From an uncultured Lachnospiraceae bacterium (GTDB lineage: Bacteria; Bacillota; Clostridia; Lachnospirales; Lachnospiraceae), in assembly GCA_947385725.1 (NCBI GenBank), contig CANDMD010000001.1, positions 2,660 through 66,659 of the forward strand: a DNA stretch of 64,000 bases, in the 5' to 3' direction. Position 1 is the first letter of the stretch, and each line of letters opens with the position of its first letter. Below are positions 47,153-56,534 of this stretch, piece after piece. The notes beneath the pieces are model-generated. The model was not told where the DNA came from and did not search any database. It saw nothing but the letters and a program-made list of their open reading frames with translations. The translations under genes and the position numbers were made by a program.

Positions 47153-47219
47153 AGCGAATGGAAGTGTCAGAAAAGTGTTTCTGCGGGACATTAGGACACC
47201 GGATGGAGGACTGATAGAA

Positions 47220-47660
47220 ATGACAGAAGTCAGGTTTTATGAAAATGCAGGGAATGAACTGCTGGAATTTGCTGTGATCATATCCATAACAGAAAATCAA
47301 TATGTCTTTTGCAAACACAGGGACAGGGAGACCTGGGAAGTCCCCGGAGGCCACAGGGAGCCCGGGGAAACTGTTATGGAAGCGGCAAGGCGGGAACTGT
47401 ATGAGGAAACGGGAGCCCTGGAATTTGACATAGAGCCTGTCTGTGTATATTCCGTTGCAAGACCGGATCAGGCTGATGACCGGGAATCTTACGGGATGCT
47501 GTTTTTTGCAGATATCAAACGCTTTGAGGCGGAACTGCACAGTGAGATAGAGAAAATTGTGATAACAGATGAACTGCCGGAGCGGTGGACATATCCCGAT
47601 ATCCAGCCTTATCTGATGAAGGAGGCAGCGAGACGTGGCTATCTATCAGTGGGGCGTTGA
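47220..47660 (+). CDS. NUDIX hydrolase
   Basis: Nudix box GGHREPGETVMEAARRELYEETG. The ATG at 47220 is preceded by GGAGGA. The long upstream extension in the ORF track crosses the repeat and is not credible. Confidence 0.85.
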   Translation: MTEVRFYENAGNELLEFAVIISITENQYVFCKHRDRETWEVPGGHREPGETVMEAARRELYEETGALEFDIEPVCVYSVARPDQADDRESYGMLFFADIKRFEAELHSEIEKIVITDELPERWTYPDIQPYLMKEAARRGYLSVGR

Positions 47661-47677
47661 ATTTTCATAAGCCTTCC

Positions 47678-48583
47678 TCAACAGGGCTTTTTCCCCGTAA
47701 GGTAATACTCCGTCGCAATATGATTTCCAGTCTCTATCAATGCATCCATAGGTAATACCAATATTGTTTTCTTATTCATTTCCTCTGTTATTTTACTTGA
47801 TACACGTTCATGATTCCATTTGTCATTAACCGACCCTGCAATCCATGTAAGGAACTTTTAAATTAAACCATTATCCACTTCTTCAATTACAACTAGTACA
47901 TCATTGCATTAATCCTGAAGTAAATCAGTGCTTGATGTATGCGTCAGCGCAAGGCGGAGGAAGGAGGCGATGCGGTGGCATCGTTGACTGACGAAAACGC
48001 AGCGATGGCGTGAACAGCGAGTGCTGATTACTCAGGAATTAATGCAATGATGTACTAGCGTATTCATTTTTGTTGTCAACATGGTTACAATAATTGCAAG
48101 GAATCGTAAAGTTCCATCCGACATACCTCGCGCATCTACAATGTTTTCCCCATTGTCCCCCCAGGACTCTTTACAGTATAGCATTGCGTCAGTATTAAAC
48201 TTGCCAATACTTTCCACCCATGTTTCTTTAATGTCCTTTTCTGGGATATCTTTCAGATATAAAGTCAATTTGCCCTCTATTTTCTTTTGCTGCGCCTCAT
48301 CCATGGCAGCCAATACACCTGCTATATTTGATGCATCCGGAAGTAATTTATCAGAAAGTGTAGAATAGTCTCTCATATGGTTCGGAATTGGATTAAGCAC
48401 AAAAATTCCACTCAGTTCTTTCAAAATACGCGTAACAATACCTATCGTTTCTTTTTTACGTAACGGTAAATTTTTTGCTTGATATAAAATTGCTGTATTT
48501 CTATTTCAATCAAAATTCTGGCCTTTCCCTTGAGTTCCTGTTGCAAAATATGTTGGAATATTCAGCAAATGAGAGTCTTTCAT
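47678..48583 (-). pseudogene. degraded ABC-type AAA ATPase (AAA_21/AAA_15-like) gene, disrupted by an insertion and frameshifts
   Basis: Three fragments are visible: MKDSHLLNIPTYFATGTQGKGQNFD*, then ...ARGMSDGTLRFLAIIVTMLTTKMNT, then (after the insert) LVVIEEVDNGL (Walker B), with more frameshifts downstream. The segment is AT-rich. Confidence 0.6.
47893..48058. mobile_element. MITE-like non-autonomous element, 166 bp including both flanking CTAG
   Basis: The terminal inverted repeats are identical for 21 nt counting the flanking CTAG (CTAGTACATCATTGCATTAAT). They remain about 80 percent matched for a further ~18 nt. They flank a GC-rich ~85-bp core with no ORF. The element is flanked by CTAG on both sides, and removing it restores the frame ...TTKMNT|LVVIEEVDNGL. 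Confidence 0.55.
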
Positions 48584-48607
48584 ATTTGTATAAAACAAAA
48601 ATAAGTA

Positions 48608-48636
48608 TTGCATCCTGTAGGCGGGGTGGGTACAAT
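48608..48636 (+). promoter_or_regulatory. sigma-A-type promoter
   Basis: TTGCAT (48608-48613), 17-nt spacer, TACAAT (48631-48636). Confidence 0.5.
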
Positions 48637-48648
48637 ATATAAAATGGT

Positions 48649-48746
48649 GTAACAGTTTAGCCGGGAGGGGCTTACCCACCTACTTGGGAATGGCGCGAAA
48701 TCGTGTTTGTCCACCTCCCTGTGAATGGTGTGGGCTGAACTGTTAC
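48649..48746 (+). promoter_or_regulatory. candidate structured 5' leader RNA (class unknown)
   Basis: A 14-bp closing helix pairs GUAACAGUUUAGCC (48649-48662) with GGCUGAACUGUUAC (48733-48746). It encloses GGGAGG/CCUCCC (48663-68 / 48714-19) and two small hairpins (CCCA-ccuacu-UGGG and CGCG-aaau-CGUG). Confidence 0.35.
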
Positions 48747-48804
48747 AAAATGGTTATGAGAGAAGCAGCGGGAAAAACAGTCATTCCGGAATGGAGGATT
48801 TAAG

Positions 48805-50517
48805 GTGGCTGACCAAACGGAGCAGACGGAACAAAAGGAGCAGGAACAGAACATGGAGGCGGGCGGTATGACGGGGCGTCTGGAAGCGGGAACCGGAATG
48901 GTATTCCATGACATCACCTACGGAGAGGAAGCACCCGGATGGGTGGACGGCGTATATTATCCCAGAGCTGCAAGGCGGGAATTGGGGAAAAGCTTCCTGG
49001 AGGAGCGGGATGGCATTCTCAGGATCCACAGCCGCGTGTGGCAGGAGATCGAGGAAACCGGTTTCGGCATTTATTATTACGAGGAAACGACGCAAATGTC
49101 AGGAAAGCTTTCCGGCAGTAATTACCTGATAAAAGCGGTTCTGGTAAATCCCACGGAGGAGCCCTATGCCTGTCACATCCGGGTAAACGGGATTGTGAAA
49201 GCGGAGGCGGTCACGGTAGCGCCGGGGGAGGAAAGGGAGGCGGCAGTCGCGCTCTGTCTTACCGAGGACCATTTTACCCTGACCTTTGCCACGGCGGCAT
49301 TGCCGGAGATTCGGGATCGGGTGCTGGAGGGGGATGTCTACATCAGTTCCCTTGAAATCGTGGGGCAGCCGCCCCTGGAAAAGCGGCAGGTTCCCAGAAT
49401 TTTCCTGGTATCTGATTCCACGGTGCAGAGTTACGAGAAGCGCTTTTATCCCCAGACGGGCTGGGGACAGGTTCTTTGCCAGTTTTTTAAGGGCTACGGG
49501 CAGTACCGGGAATATCCGGCGGAGCACAGCACTTATTCCCTGGCAAGGACTTATGAGCTTCCCCGGGTGGTGATTGAAAACCGTTCCATCGGCGGCAGGA
49601 GCGCAAGGTCTTTCTATGATGAGGGAAAGCTGGATCAGGTGCTGGAGATATTATGTCCCGGCGATTATATGTTTGTGCAGTTCGCCCACAATGACGCCAC
49701 GGCCATCCGGCCCAACCGGTACATACCTGCGGAGGAATTTCCTTTTTTCCTGCAGCGCTATATTGACGCATGCAGGCGCAGAGGGGCGCAGTGTGTCCTG
49801 GTGACGCCTGTGACCATGCGGGTGCTGGAGGAGGACGGCAGCAATAAGCTGTGTTTTGCCGAGTATCGGGAACAGGTGTTAAAGCTGGGTGAGGAGCAGA
49901 AGATTCCCGTGCTGGATCTCAGCAAGCGGAGTAACGATTATGTCAATCAGATCGGTTCGGAGGCCAGCAAGGGTCTGTATATGTGGCTGGAGGAGGGGGA
50001 ATACCCTGAGGGCGCTTATGCGGCGGGGGTTTCCGACAAGGCCCATCTCCAGGAATATGGCGCCAGGGTCTATGCGGATATGGTGGCGCAGCTGATACAG
50101 GAGTATGACCGGGACGGACAGCTGGACGGACTGAAGGAACTGGTTCAGCCAATACCCATTGAGGAGATTAAGAAACCGGAAAAGCGGGCTGACGGCGCCG
50201 GCAGGGCGAGAGTGTACGCGGAGGATGCGGTGACCGGCTTTGTGGCCCAGGAAATTTCCGTGGAGAACGGCAGGGGCAGCTTTCTGCTCAACTGGAATCT
50301 TGTGGAAAACGCGGTCACGTATCACATCTACGGCAAGAAGAAAGAGGAGCTTACCTTCGAGGTGGTGCGAACTGTGACGAAAGAAGAAAAAGAGTCCCTG
50401 GCTGTGTTTCCTTTTACCGCGGAGGCGGGCATTTTCTGGCAGTATTATGTGACGGCCGTCTTTGCCAACGGCAGCGAGGGACACGCAAGCAGGATGATCG
50501 AGGTTGATTTGACATGA
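48805..50517 (+). CDS. SGNH/GDSL hydrolase, rhamnogalacturonan-acetylesterase-like, with N- and C-terminal extra domains
   Basis: Block I IFLVSDSTVQSY, block II IGGRSARSF, block III FAHNDA, block V SDKAHLQEYG. The GTG start at 48805 has a GGAGGA RBS, but downstream ATGs are possible. Confidence 0.65.
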   Translation: MADQTEQTEQKEQEQNMEAGGMTGRLEAGTGMVFHDITYGEEAPGWVDGVYYPRAARRELGKSFLEERDGILRIHSRVWQEIEETGFGIYYYEETTQMSGKLSGSNYLIKAVLVNPTEEPYACHIRVNGIVKAEAVTVAPGEEREAAVALCLTEDHFTLTFATAALPEIRDRVLEGDVYISSLEIVGQPPLEKRQVPRIFLVSDSTVQSYEKRFYPQTGWGQVLCQFFKGYGQYREYPAEHSTYSLARTYELPRVVIENRSIGGRSARSFYDEGKLDQVLEILCPGDYMFVQFAHNDATAIRPNRYIPAEEFPFFLQRYIDACRRRGAQCVLVTPVTMRVLEEDGSNKLCFAEYREQVLKLGEEQKIPVLDLSKRSNDYVNQIGSEASKGLYMWLEEGEYPEGAYAAGVSDKAHLQEYGARVYADMVAQLIQEYDRDGQLDGLKELVQPIPIEEIKKPEKRADGAGRARVYAEDAVTGFVAQEISVENGRGSFLLNWNLVENAVTYHIYGKKKEELTFEVVRTVTKEEKESLAVFPFTAEAGIFWQYYVTAVFANGSEGHASRMIEVDLT

Positions 50518-52280
50518 AAAAATTTTCTCTTACCCCATATTTATGGAAATATAAATGGAATTATATCGCAGGAATCATTATCCTGCTGCTGGTAGACCTT
50601 GCCAGCCTATACATCCCGCAGTACACGGGGGAGATCATAGACGGCCTGACGGAGGGAGCCTTCGGCATGCAGGGAGTGATCCCCATACTGGTTAAGATCT
50701 TTGCGGCAGGCATGGTCATGACGCTGGGGCGCTTTGGCTGGAGATATTTTCTCCAGGGCGCGGCGCGGGGCATCGAGTATCATCTCCGCAACGACATGTT
50801 CGGGCATCTGGAAACTCTGTCGGCCAGATATTTTAACAGCCACAAGACGGGAGATCTGATGGCTCATTTTACCAATGACCTGCAGGCCATCCGACAGGCG
50901 GTGGGTATGGCGGTGGTGACTACCTTTGACGCGGTGGTAATGACTGTCATGGTGCTGGTGAAAATGATCGTGTATGTGGATTTCCGACTGACGCTGCTTG
51001 CTTTCATCCCCCTGATCCTGGTGGCAATCGGCTGCTATTTTTACGGCATTGAAGTAAAAAAGCGGCAGCTGCGGCGGCAGGATGCCTTCTCCGAGCTGTC
51101 GGACAAAGCCCAGGAGAGTCTGGCGGGTGTCCGGGTGCTTAAGGCGTTTGTCCAGGAGGAACCGGACTTTAAAGCCTTTGAGGCGGCAAGTCTTAACAAC
51201 ATGGAGAAGAATCTGGCGGTGGTAAAGCTTCGCACCGTCTTCGGACCGCTGCTGGACGCCATCACCGGCGTCAGCCTTCTGCTGACCCTGGTTTTCGGCG
51301 GAAAAATGGTGCTGAACGGACAGGTCAGCATCGGCCAGTTCGTGGCCTTCAACACTTATATCGGCATGCTGGTGTGGCCCATGATTGCCTGCGGAGACTG
51401 TATCAACTCGTTCACCCAGGCGGCAGCGGCGTTCAAGCGTATCGCTTGCATTTTTGCGGAAAAGCCGGATATCGTGGACAAATATCCCGAGTGGACGGAA
51501 ACAGACCACATCAAAGGGGATATTCAGCTGAATGACCTGACTTTTACATATCCTGACGGGGAACTTCCGGTGCTGAAAAATATTAATCTGCATATCAGGG
51601 CGGGGGAGATGCTGGCGATCCTGGGCAGGACAGGCAGCGGGAAATCCTCCCTGGCAGACCTGCTTATGCGTGTCTATGACTGCGGGGAGGGGATGCTGCT
51701 GATCGACGGGAAGCCCATCGACGAGATTCCCCTGGCCATGCTCCACCGTGACGTGGCTTATGTGCCACAGGATAATTTCCTGTTCTCCGACACGCTGGAG
51801 GAAAATATTGCATTCGGGCTGGAGGAGAGGATTGTGGAGCATCCGGAGCTGCGGAAGCGGATTCATCAGGCCGCAAGGCAGGCATGTATCCATGACAATA
51901 TCATGGAGTTTCCGGAAAACTATGAAACTGTGGTGGGAGAGAGGGGCGTCACCCTGTCCGGCGGGCAGAAGCAGCGCAGCTCCATTGCCAGGGCATTGCT
52001 GATGAACGCGCCCATCCTGATCCTGGATGATTCTCTCTCAGCGGTGGATACGGACACGGAGGAACAGATTCTGGAAAACCTGGTGCAGCTGCGCCAGGGC
52101 ATGACCACGATCCTCATTGCGCACCGTGTATCCACCTTACAGAAAGCGGATCATATCGCTGTGCTGACGGAGGGCGAGATGACGGAGTACGGCACGCACG
52201 AGGAGCTGCTGGAGCTGGGAGGCTTCTACGCCCATATCTATGAGAAGCAGCAGCTGGAACAGGAATTGAAGGAATTATAA
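50514..52280 (+). CDS. ABC transporter, fused permease/ATPase (exporter half-transporter 1)
   Basis: Six-TM domain, then Walker A GRTGSGKSS, signature LSGGQKQR and Walker B ILILDDSLSAVD. It overlaps the previous gene (ATGA). Confidence 0.9.
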   Translation: MKKFSLTPYLWKYKWNYIAGIIILLLVDLASLYIPQYTGEIIDGLTEGAFGMQGVIPILVKIFAAGMVMTLGRFGWRYFLQGAARGIEYHLRNDMFGHLETLSARYFNSHKTGDLMAHFTNDLQAIRQAVGMAVVTTFDAVVMTVMVLVKMIVYVDFRLTLLAFIPLILVAIGCYFYGIEVKKRQLRRQDAFSELSDKAQESLAGVRVLKAFVQEEPDFKAFEAASLNNMEKNLAVVKLRTVFGPLLDAITGVSLLLTLVFGGKMVLNGQVSIGQFVAFNTYIGMLVWPMIACGDCINSFTQAAAAFKRIACIFAEKPDIVDKYPEWTETDHIKGDIQLNDLTFTYPDGELPVLKNINLHIRAGEMLAILGRTGSGKSSLADLLMRVYDCGEGMLLIDGKPIDEIPLAMLHRDVAYVPQDNFLFSDTLEENIAFGLEERIVEHPELRKRIHQAARQACIHDNIMEFPENYETVVGERGVTLSGGQKQRSSIARALLMNAPILILDDSLSAVDTDTEEQILENLVQLRQGMTTILIAHRVSTLQKADHIAVLTEGEMTEYGTHEELLELGGFYAHIYEKQQLEQELKEL

Positions 52281-52305
52281 AAGGCGGAAAGGAGCGTATT
52301 GTAAT

Positions 52306-54081
52306 ATGAGTGTTTTGACGGAAGACAATCTGGAATCTAATTATAAGGGAAACGCGCTGCTTCATCTGCTTTCCTATATGAAGCCCTACGCGGGCTGGAT
52401 GCTTTTGAGCCTTATGCTGGTGCTTGCCCTGACGGGAATCGACCTGTACCGGCCCACCCTGATCGGAAATGCGGTGGATACCTTTGAGGCCAACGGCAAT
52501 TACGACATTATCATGGATACGGCAATCAAATACGGGATTGTGCTGGCGTTAAGCTTTGTCTTTAATATCTCCCAGACATGGATCCTGCAGAAGACGGGAC
52601 AGAGCATCATCCATACGGTCCGCAAGGAACTGTATGCCCATATCCAGAGTCTCAGCAGCCGCTACTTTGACCTGACTCCCGTGGGCAAGCTGGTGACCAG
52701 GGTGACGAATGATGTGGAGGCGTTGAATGAAATGTACTCCGGTATTCTGGTCAGGCTGTTCCGAAACATTATCAAGATCATCGGTCTGGCGGCGGTGATG
52801 CTGCTGATGGACTGGCGGCTGGCGCTGATTTCCTTCGTGTTGCTTCCCGTTGTGGCAGTGCTTACCGTGGTGTTCCGGAAGATCGCCAGGGAGACCTACC
52901 GGCTGTCCAGGACAAGGCTGACGGATATCAATACGTTTCTGTCGGAAAATATTTCCGGTATGCGCATTATTCAGATCTTTGGAAGGGAACAGCGCAAATT
53001 TGAGGAATTTGACGATAAGAATCAGAAGCTGTTCAAGGCTTACTATCGGGAAATGCTGGTGTTTGCGTTCTTCCGCCCGCTGATCTATATCCTGAGCGTC
53101 ATTTCGCTGATGATCGTGCTGGGCGTGGGCAGCAGGGATGTGCTGGGTCAGGTGATTTCCATCGGTACGCTGTACATCTTCGCCCAGTATATCCAGTCCT
53201 TCTTTGAGCCGATCCAGGAACTGGCGGAGCAGTTTTCCACACTGCAGTCCTGTATCGCTTCCGCGGAGAAGATTTTTACCATCATGAATGAGGAGCCCAC
53301 GGTGAAGGAAGATGACAACCCTGTCATATTGCCGGGGATCAAAGGGAAGATCGAGTTCTCCCATGTGTGGTTTGCCTACGACAACGAAAATTATGTGCTG
53401 CGGGATGTGTCCTTTGTCATAGAGCCGGGACAGAGCGTGGCCTTTGTGGGCGCTACGGGGGCGGGAAAATCCTCTATCCTGAATCTGATCGGCAGATACT
53501 ATGATATCCAGAAGGGAAATATCTATATTGACGGCGTGGATATCCGGAGACTGAGCAAGAAACAGCTGCGCAGCGCCATCGGGCAGATGCAGCAGGATGT
53601 GTTTATCTTTGAGGGAAATATTGAGAGCAACATCCGGCTCTATGATGAGGACATTACACCGGATCAGATCAAGGAGGCGGCGGAATATGTCAATGCGTCC
53701 CATTTTATAGAGAGACTGCCGGGGAGATATCAGGAGACGGTCTCCGAGAGGGGCGCGACCTTCTCGGCCGGGGAGAGGCAGCTGCTATCCTTTGCCAGGA
53801 CGCTTGCCCATAAGCCCCAGATCCTGGTGATGGATGAGGCCACTGCCAATATTGATACGGAGACAGAGCTTCTGATTCAGGAAGCGCTTGAGAAGCTGAT
53901 GAAGGGCAGGACGACTATTATGGTGGCACACCGTCTGTCCACCATCCAGCATGCGGACTGCATTATGGTCATGCATAAGGGTAAGATCAGGGAGCAGGGG
54001 ACACATCAGGAGCTCCTGGCCCAGAATGGCATTTATAAGAAATTATATGAATTACAGATCCAGCATGAGGTTTCCGCCTGA
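52306..54081 (+). CDS. ABC transporter, fused permease/ATPase (exporter half-transporter 2)
   Basis: Walker A GATGAGKSS, degenerate signature FSAGERQL, Walker B ILVMDEATANID. This is a typical heterodimeric exporter partner. Confidence 0.9.
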   Translation: MSVLTEDNLESNYKGNALLHLLSYMKPYAGWMLLSLMLVLALTGIDLYRPTLIGNAVDTFEANGNYDIIMDTAIKYGIVLALSFVFNISQTWILQKTGQSIIHTVRKELYAHIQSLSSRYFDLTPVGKLVTRVTNDVEALNEMYSGILVRLFRNIIKIIGLAAVMLLMDWRLALISFVLLPVVAVLTVVFRKIARETYRLSRTRLTDINTFLSENISGMRIIQIFGREQRKFEEFDDKNQKLFKAYYREMLVFAFFRPLIYILSVISLMIVLGVGSRDVLGQVISIGTLYIFAQYIQSFFEPIQELAEQFSTLQSCIASAEKIFTIMNEEPTVKEDDNPVILPGIKGKIEFSHVWFAYDNENYVLRDVSFVIEPGQSVAFVGATGAGKSSILNLIGRYYDIQKGNIYIDGVDIRRLSKKQLRSAIGQMQQDVFIFEGNIESNIRLYDEDITPDQIKEAAEYVNASHFIERLPGRYQETVSERGATFSAGERQLLSFARTLAHKPQILVMDEATANIDTETELLIQEALEKLMKGRTTIMVAHRLSTIQHADCIMVMHKGKIREQGTHQELLAQNGIYKKLYELQIQHEVSA

Positions 54082-54230
54082 AAAAAGGCTGTGCTGCCAC
54101 AGGACTGGAATGATGGCATGACAGATTGGGTATAATGGAAGATAAGCCCATGGAAAAAGTTTCTTTCAGTTTGTATGGAATGACAGGAAAGAAACGGCAA
54201 TGCCGGAACGTGCAGAAAGGAAGGAAAGCT

Positions 54231-54950
54231 ATGAGAAAGAAATGGATTGTGTATTTATGTGCAGGAGTTATGGTGATGAGCCTGGCGGCCTGCGGAAACG
54301 GTGATAAGACCGGGGAGAGCCAGAACGGTACATCGGGAAGCCAGACGGAGAGTGACGTCCTGGCGGGAAACCAGACAGGAAGCGGAGCGGGTGATCAGGC
54401 ATCCGGCGGCGCAGGAGACCAGTCAGGTAGCAGTTCCGGGTCGGGAAATGTGGAGCAGGGCGGTTCTGGGGCGGGAAACGGCCACAATTACGAGGAGGGC
54501 TGGACCGAGGAGATGGCGGGGATCAAGGCTGCCATCCTGGAGCAGGCGGGAGACAATTACTTCCCCGATATGGCCTTGCTGCCCGATATGCTGGAGGCAC
54601 AGTTCGGGATCACCGCGGATATGTATGACGATTACTTTGCGGAGATGCCGATGATCAGCGCCAATGTAGATACCTTATTGATAATCAAGGCAAAAGATGG
54701 TAAGGTGGAGGATGTGGAAGCTGCCCTGGAGGCTTATCGTGATGTCCAGATCAACGGGGCGATGCAATATCCCAAGAACATCGGTGTTGTACAGGGCTCC
54801 CGGATTGAGACCATCGGAAATTATGTCTGCTTTTCCCAGTTGGGCGGCGACACCATGGATCTGATGGAAAGCGGCGACGAGGCGGTGATTCTTCATTGCC
54901 AGGAATTGAATGATCTTGTGATCGGGATCATCCGTCAGAATGTAGAGTGA
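54231..54950 (+). CDS. lipoprotein, DUF4358-like
   Basis: Signal peptide with lipobox (VMVMSLAAC-GN), a Gly/Ser-rich linker, and a conserved C-terminal domain (...DTLLIIKAKDGKVEDVEAALEAYRD...). Confidence 0.65.
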   Translation: MRKKWIVYLCAGVMVMSLAACGNGDKTGESQNGTSGSQTESDVLAGNQTGSGAGDQASGGAGDQSGSSSGSGNVEQGGSGAGNGHNYEEGWTEEMAGIKAAILEQAGDNYFPDMALLPDMLEAQFGITADMYDDYFAEMPMISANVDTLLIIKAKDGKVEDVEAALEAYRDVQINGAMQYPKNIGVVQGSRIETIGNYVCFSQLGGDTMDLMESGDEAVILHCQELNDLVIGIIRQNVE

Positions 54951-55107
54951 AGTTCTAAATCTCACACTGAAGAATGCAAGAGCAGCGTTTTTTTCATGGA
55001 ATGTTTGTGCCGATTGCATCGGTATGGCGGAAGGTGCGAGGATCTGAGCAGGCGTACTCGGGATCTGTGGATGGGAATGCCGTCTGCGCGGCGGATTGAG
55101 AGGGAAA

Positions 55108-56520
55108 ATGGTTTTCAGCAGTGTTTTGTTTTTGTTCCGGTTTCTACCCTTTTTCTTTATCGTGTATTTTCTGATTCCCGGAAGGGGAAAGAATGTGGTT
55201 CTCTTCCTGGGGAGTCTGCTTTTTTATGCCTGGGGGGAACCGGTTTACATATTGCTGATGCTGTTTTCCACGCTGGTTGACTATGTGAACGGGCGTCTGA
55301 TCGGGAAGTTTCAGGGCAGGAACCAGGCGAAGGTTTTCCTTGTGCTCTCCGTTGTGATCAATCTGTTTATTCTCTGCTTTTTCAAATATGCGGACTTTCT
55401 GATACAGACGGTGAACGGCCTGACAGGCGCAGGGCTGCCGCATCTGAATCTACCGCTGCCCATTGGGATTTCCTTTTACACCTTTCAGACCATGTCTTAT
55501 ACCATCGACGTATACCGCGGCAAGGCGAAGGTGCAGAGGAATATCCTGGACTTCGGGGTGTATGTCACAATGTTTCCCCAGCTGATCGCGGGTCCTATTG
55601 TAAAGTACAGCGATGTGGAGCGCGAACTGCATGGCAGGAAGGTTGATATCATCGGGATCAGCCACGGGACAAAGCGATTTGTCACCGGCCTGGCGAAGAA
55701 AGCGCTTCTGGCCAATATGATCGGCGAACTCTGGGCGGATATTTCGGCCATGGAATTTGCGGGTATGAGCGTACTTACCTCATGGATAGGGGTGCTGGCC
55801 TTTGCTTTCCAGATTTATTTCGATTTTTCGGGATACTCCGATATGGCCATTGGCCTGGGGGAGATCATGGGATTCCATTTCCCGGAGAATTTCAATTATC
55901 CTTATATTGCATCGTCGGTGACAGATTTCTGGCGCAGGTGGCATATCTCGCTGGGAAGCTGGTTCAGGGAATATGTATACATCCCCCTTGGGGGCAACCG
56001 AAAGGGACTGTCCAGACAGCTTCTGAACATTCTGGCGGTCTGGATGCTCACCGGCATCTGGCATGGCGCAGGCTGGAATTTCCTTTTGTGGGGCCTCTGG
56101 TTCGCGTTTCTTTTGATGATGGAAAAGCTTTTCCTGGGTAGGGTGCTGTCACGGCTGCCCGGGGGGATCGGAATGATATATAATGCGTTGGCGGTACTGC
56201 TGGGGTGGGTCCTGTTTGCGCTGGACACTCCCGCCGGGATCGGCGGATATCTGGCGGCAATGTTTGGACTTGGGGGAAAACTGATAGACAGCCAGGGACT
56301 CTATCTGTTGGGCGAATATTTTGTCCTGCTTGTGATTGCCGCGGTGGCGGCAACCCCTCTGCCCGGACTGCTGGCAAAAGGACTGGAGAGGGCGGAGACG
56401 GGATGGGGAATCGCATTGTACCGTCTGGGGGAAAAGGTGGTTCCGGCGCTTCTGCTGCTGCTTTCCATCGCCGTTATCGTAGACGGTACCTTTAATCCTT
56501 TTCTTTATTTTAGATTTTAA
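55108..56520 (+). CDS. MBOAT-family membrane O-acyltransferase (AlgI/DltB-like)
   Basis: ...PIGISFYTFQTMSYTIDVYRG... and the catalytic-His region FWRRWHISLGSWFREYVYIPLGGNR. Confidence 0.9.
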   Translation: MVFSSVLFLFRFLPFFFIVYFLIPGRGKNVVLFLGSLLFYAWGEPVYILLMLFSTLVDYVNGRLIGKFQGRNQAKVFLVLSVVINLFILCFFKYADFLIQTVNGLTGAGLPHLNLPLPIGISFYTFQTMSYTIDVYRGKAKVQRNILDFGVYVTMFPQLIAGPIVKYSDVERELHGRKVDIIGISHGTKRFVTGLAKKALLANMIGELWADISAMEFAGMSVLTSWIGVLAFAFQIYFDFSGYSDMAIGLGEIMGFHFPENFNYPYIASSVTDFWRRWHISLGSWFREYVYIPLGGNRKGLSRQLLNILAVWMLTGIWHGAGWNFLLWGLWFAFLLMMEKLFLGRVLSRLPGGIGMIYNALAVLLGWVLFALDTPAGIGGYLAAMFGLGGKLIDSQGLYLLGEYFVLLVIAAVAATPLPGLLAKGLERAETGWGIALYRLGEKVVPALLLLLSIAVIVDGTFNPFLYFRF

Positions 56521-56534
56521 CGGGAAGTGTCGCT

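Noticed and set aside
46881-47219. N-terminal 113-codon extension of the NUDIX ORF (MSRITWKRVSAG...RKGERKRW...)
   Set aside because: It overlaps the end of the HD gene and runs through the ~50-bp repeats in a frame giving Arg/Lys-rich nonsense. A good RBS and ATG at 47220 gives a normal-length Nudix protein.
48649-48746. Assigning the structured leader to a known riboswitch or T-box class
   Set aside because: I could not match it to the conserved cores I know (TPP, SAM, cobalamin, c-di-GMP I/II, glycine, ZTP, guanidine, fluoride, Mn, T-box). It is kept only as an unclassified candidate.
48672-49095. Minus-strand ORFs (81 and 104 aa) across the candidate leader and the start of the esterase gene
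   Set aside because: They show no RBS or motifs. They overlap a promoter-plus-leader arrangement and a plus-strand CDS with clear SGNH blocks.
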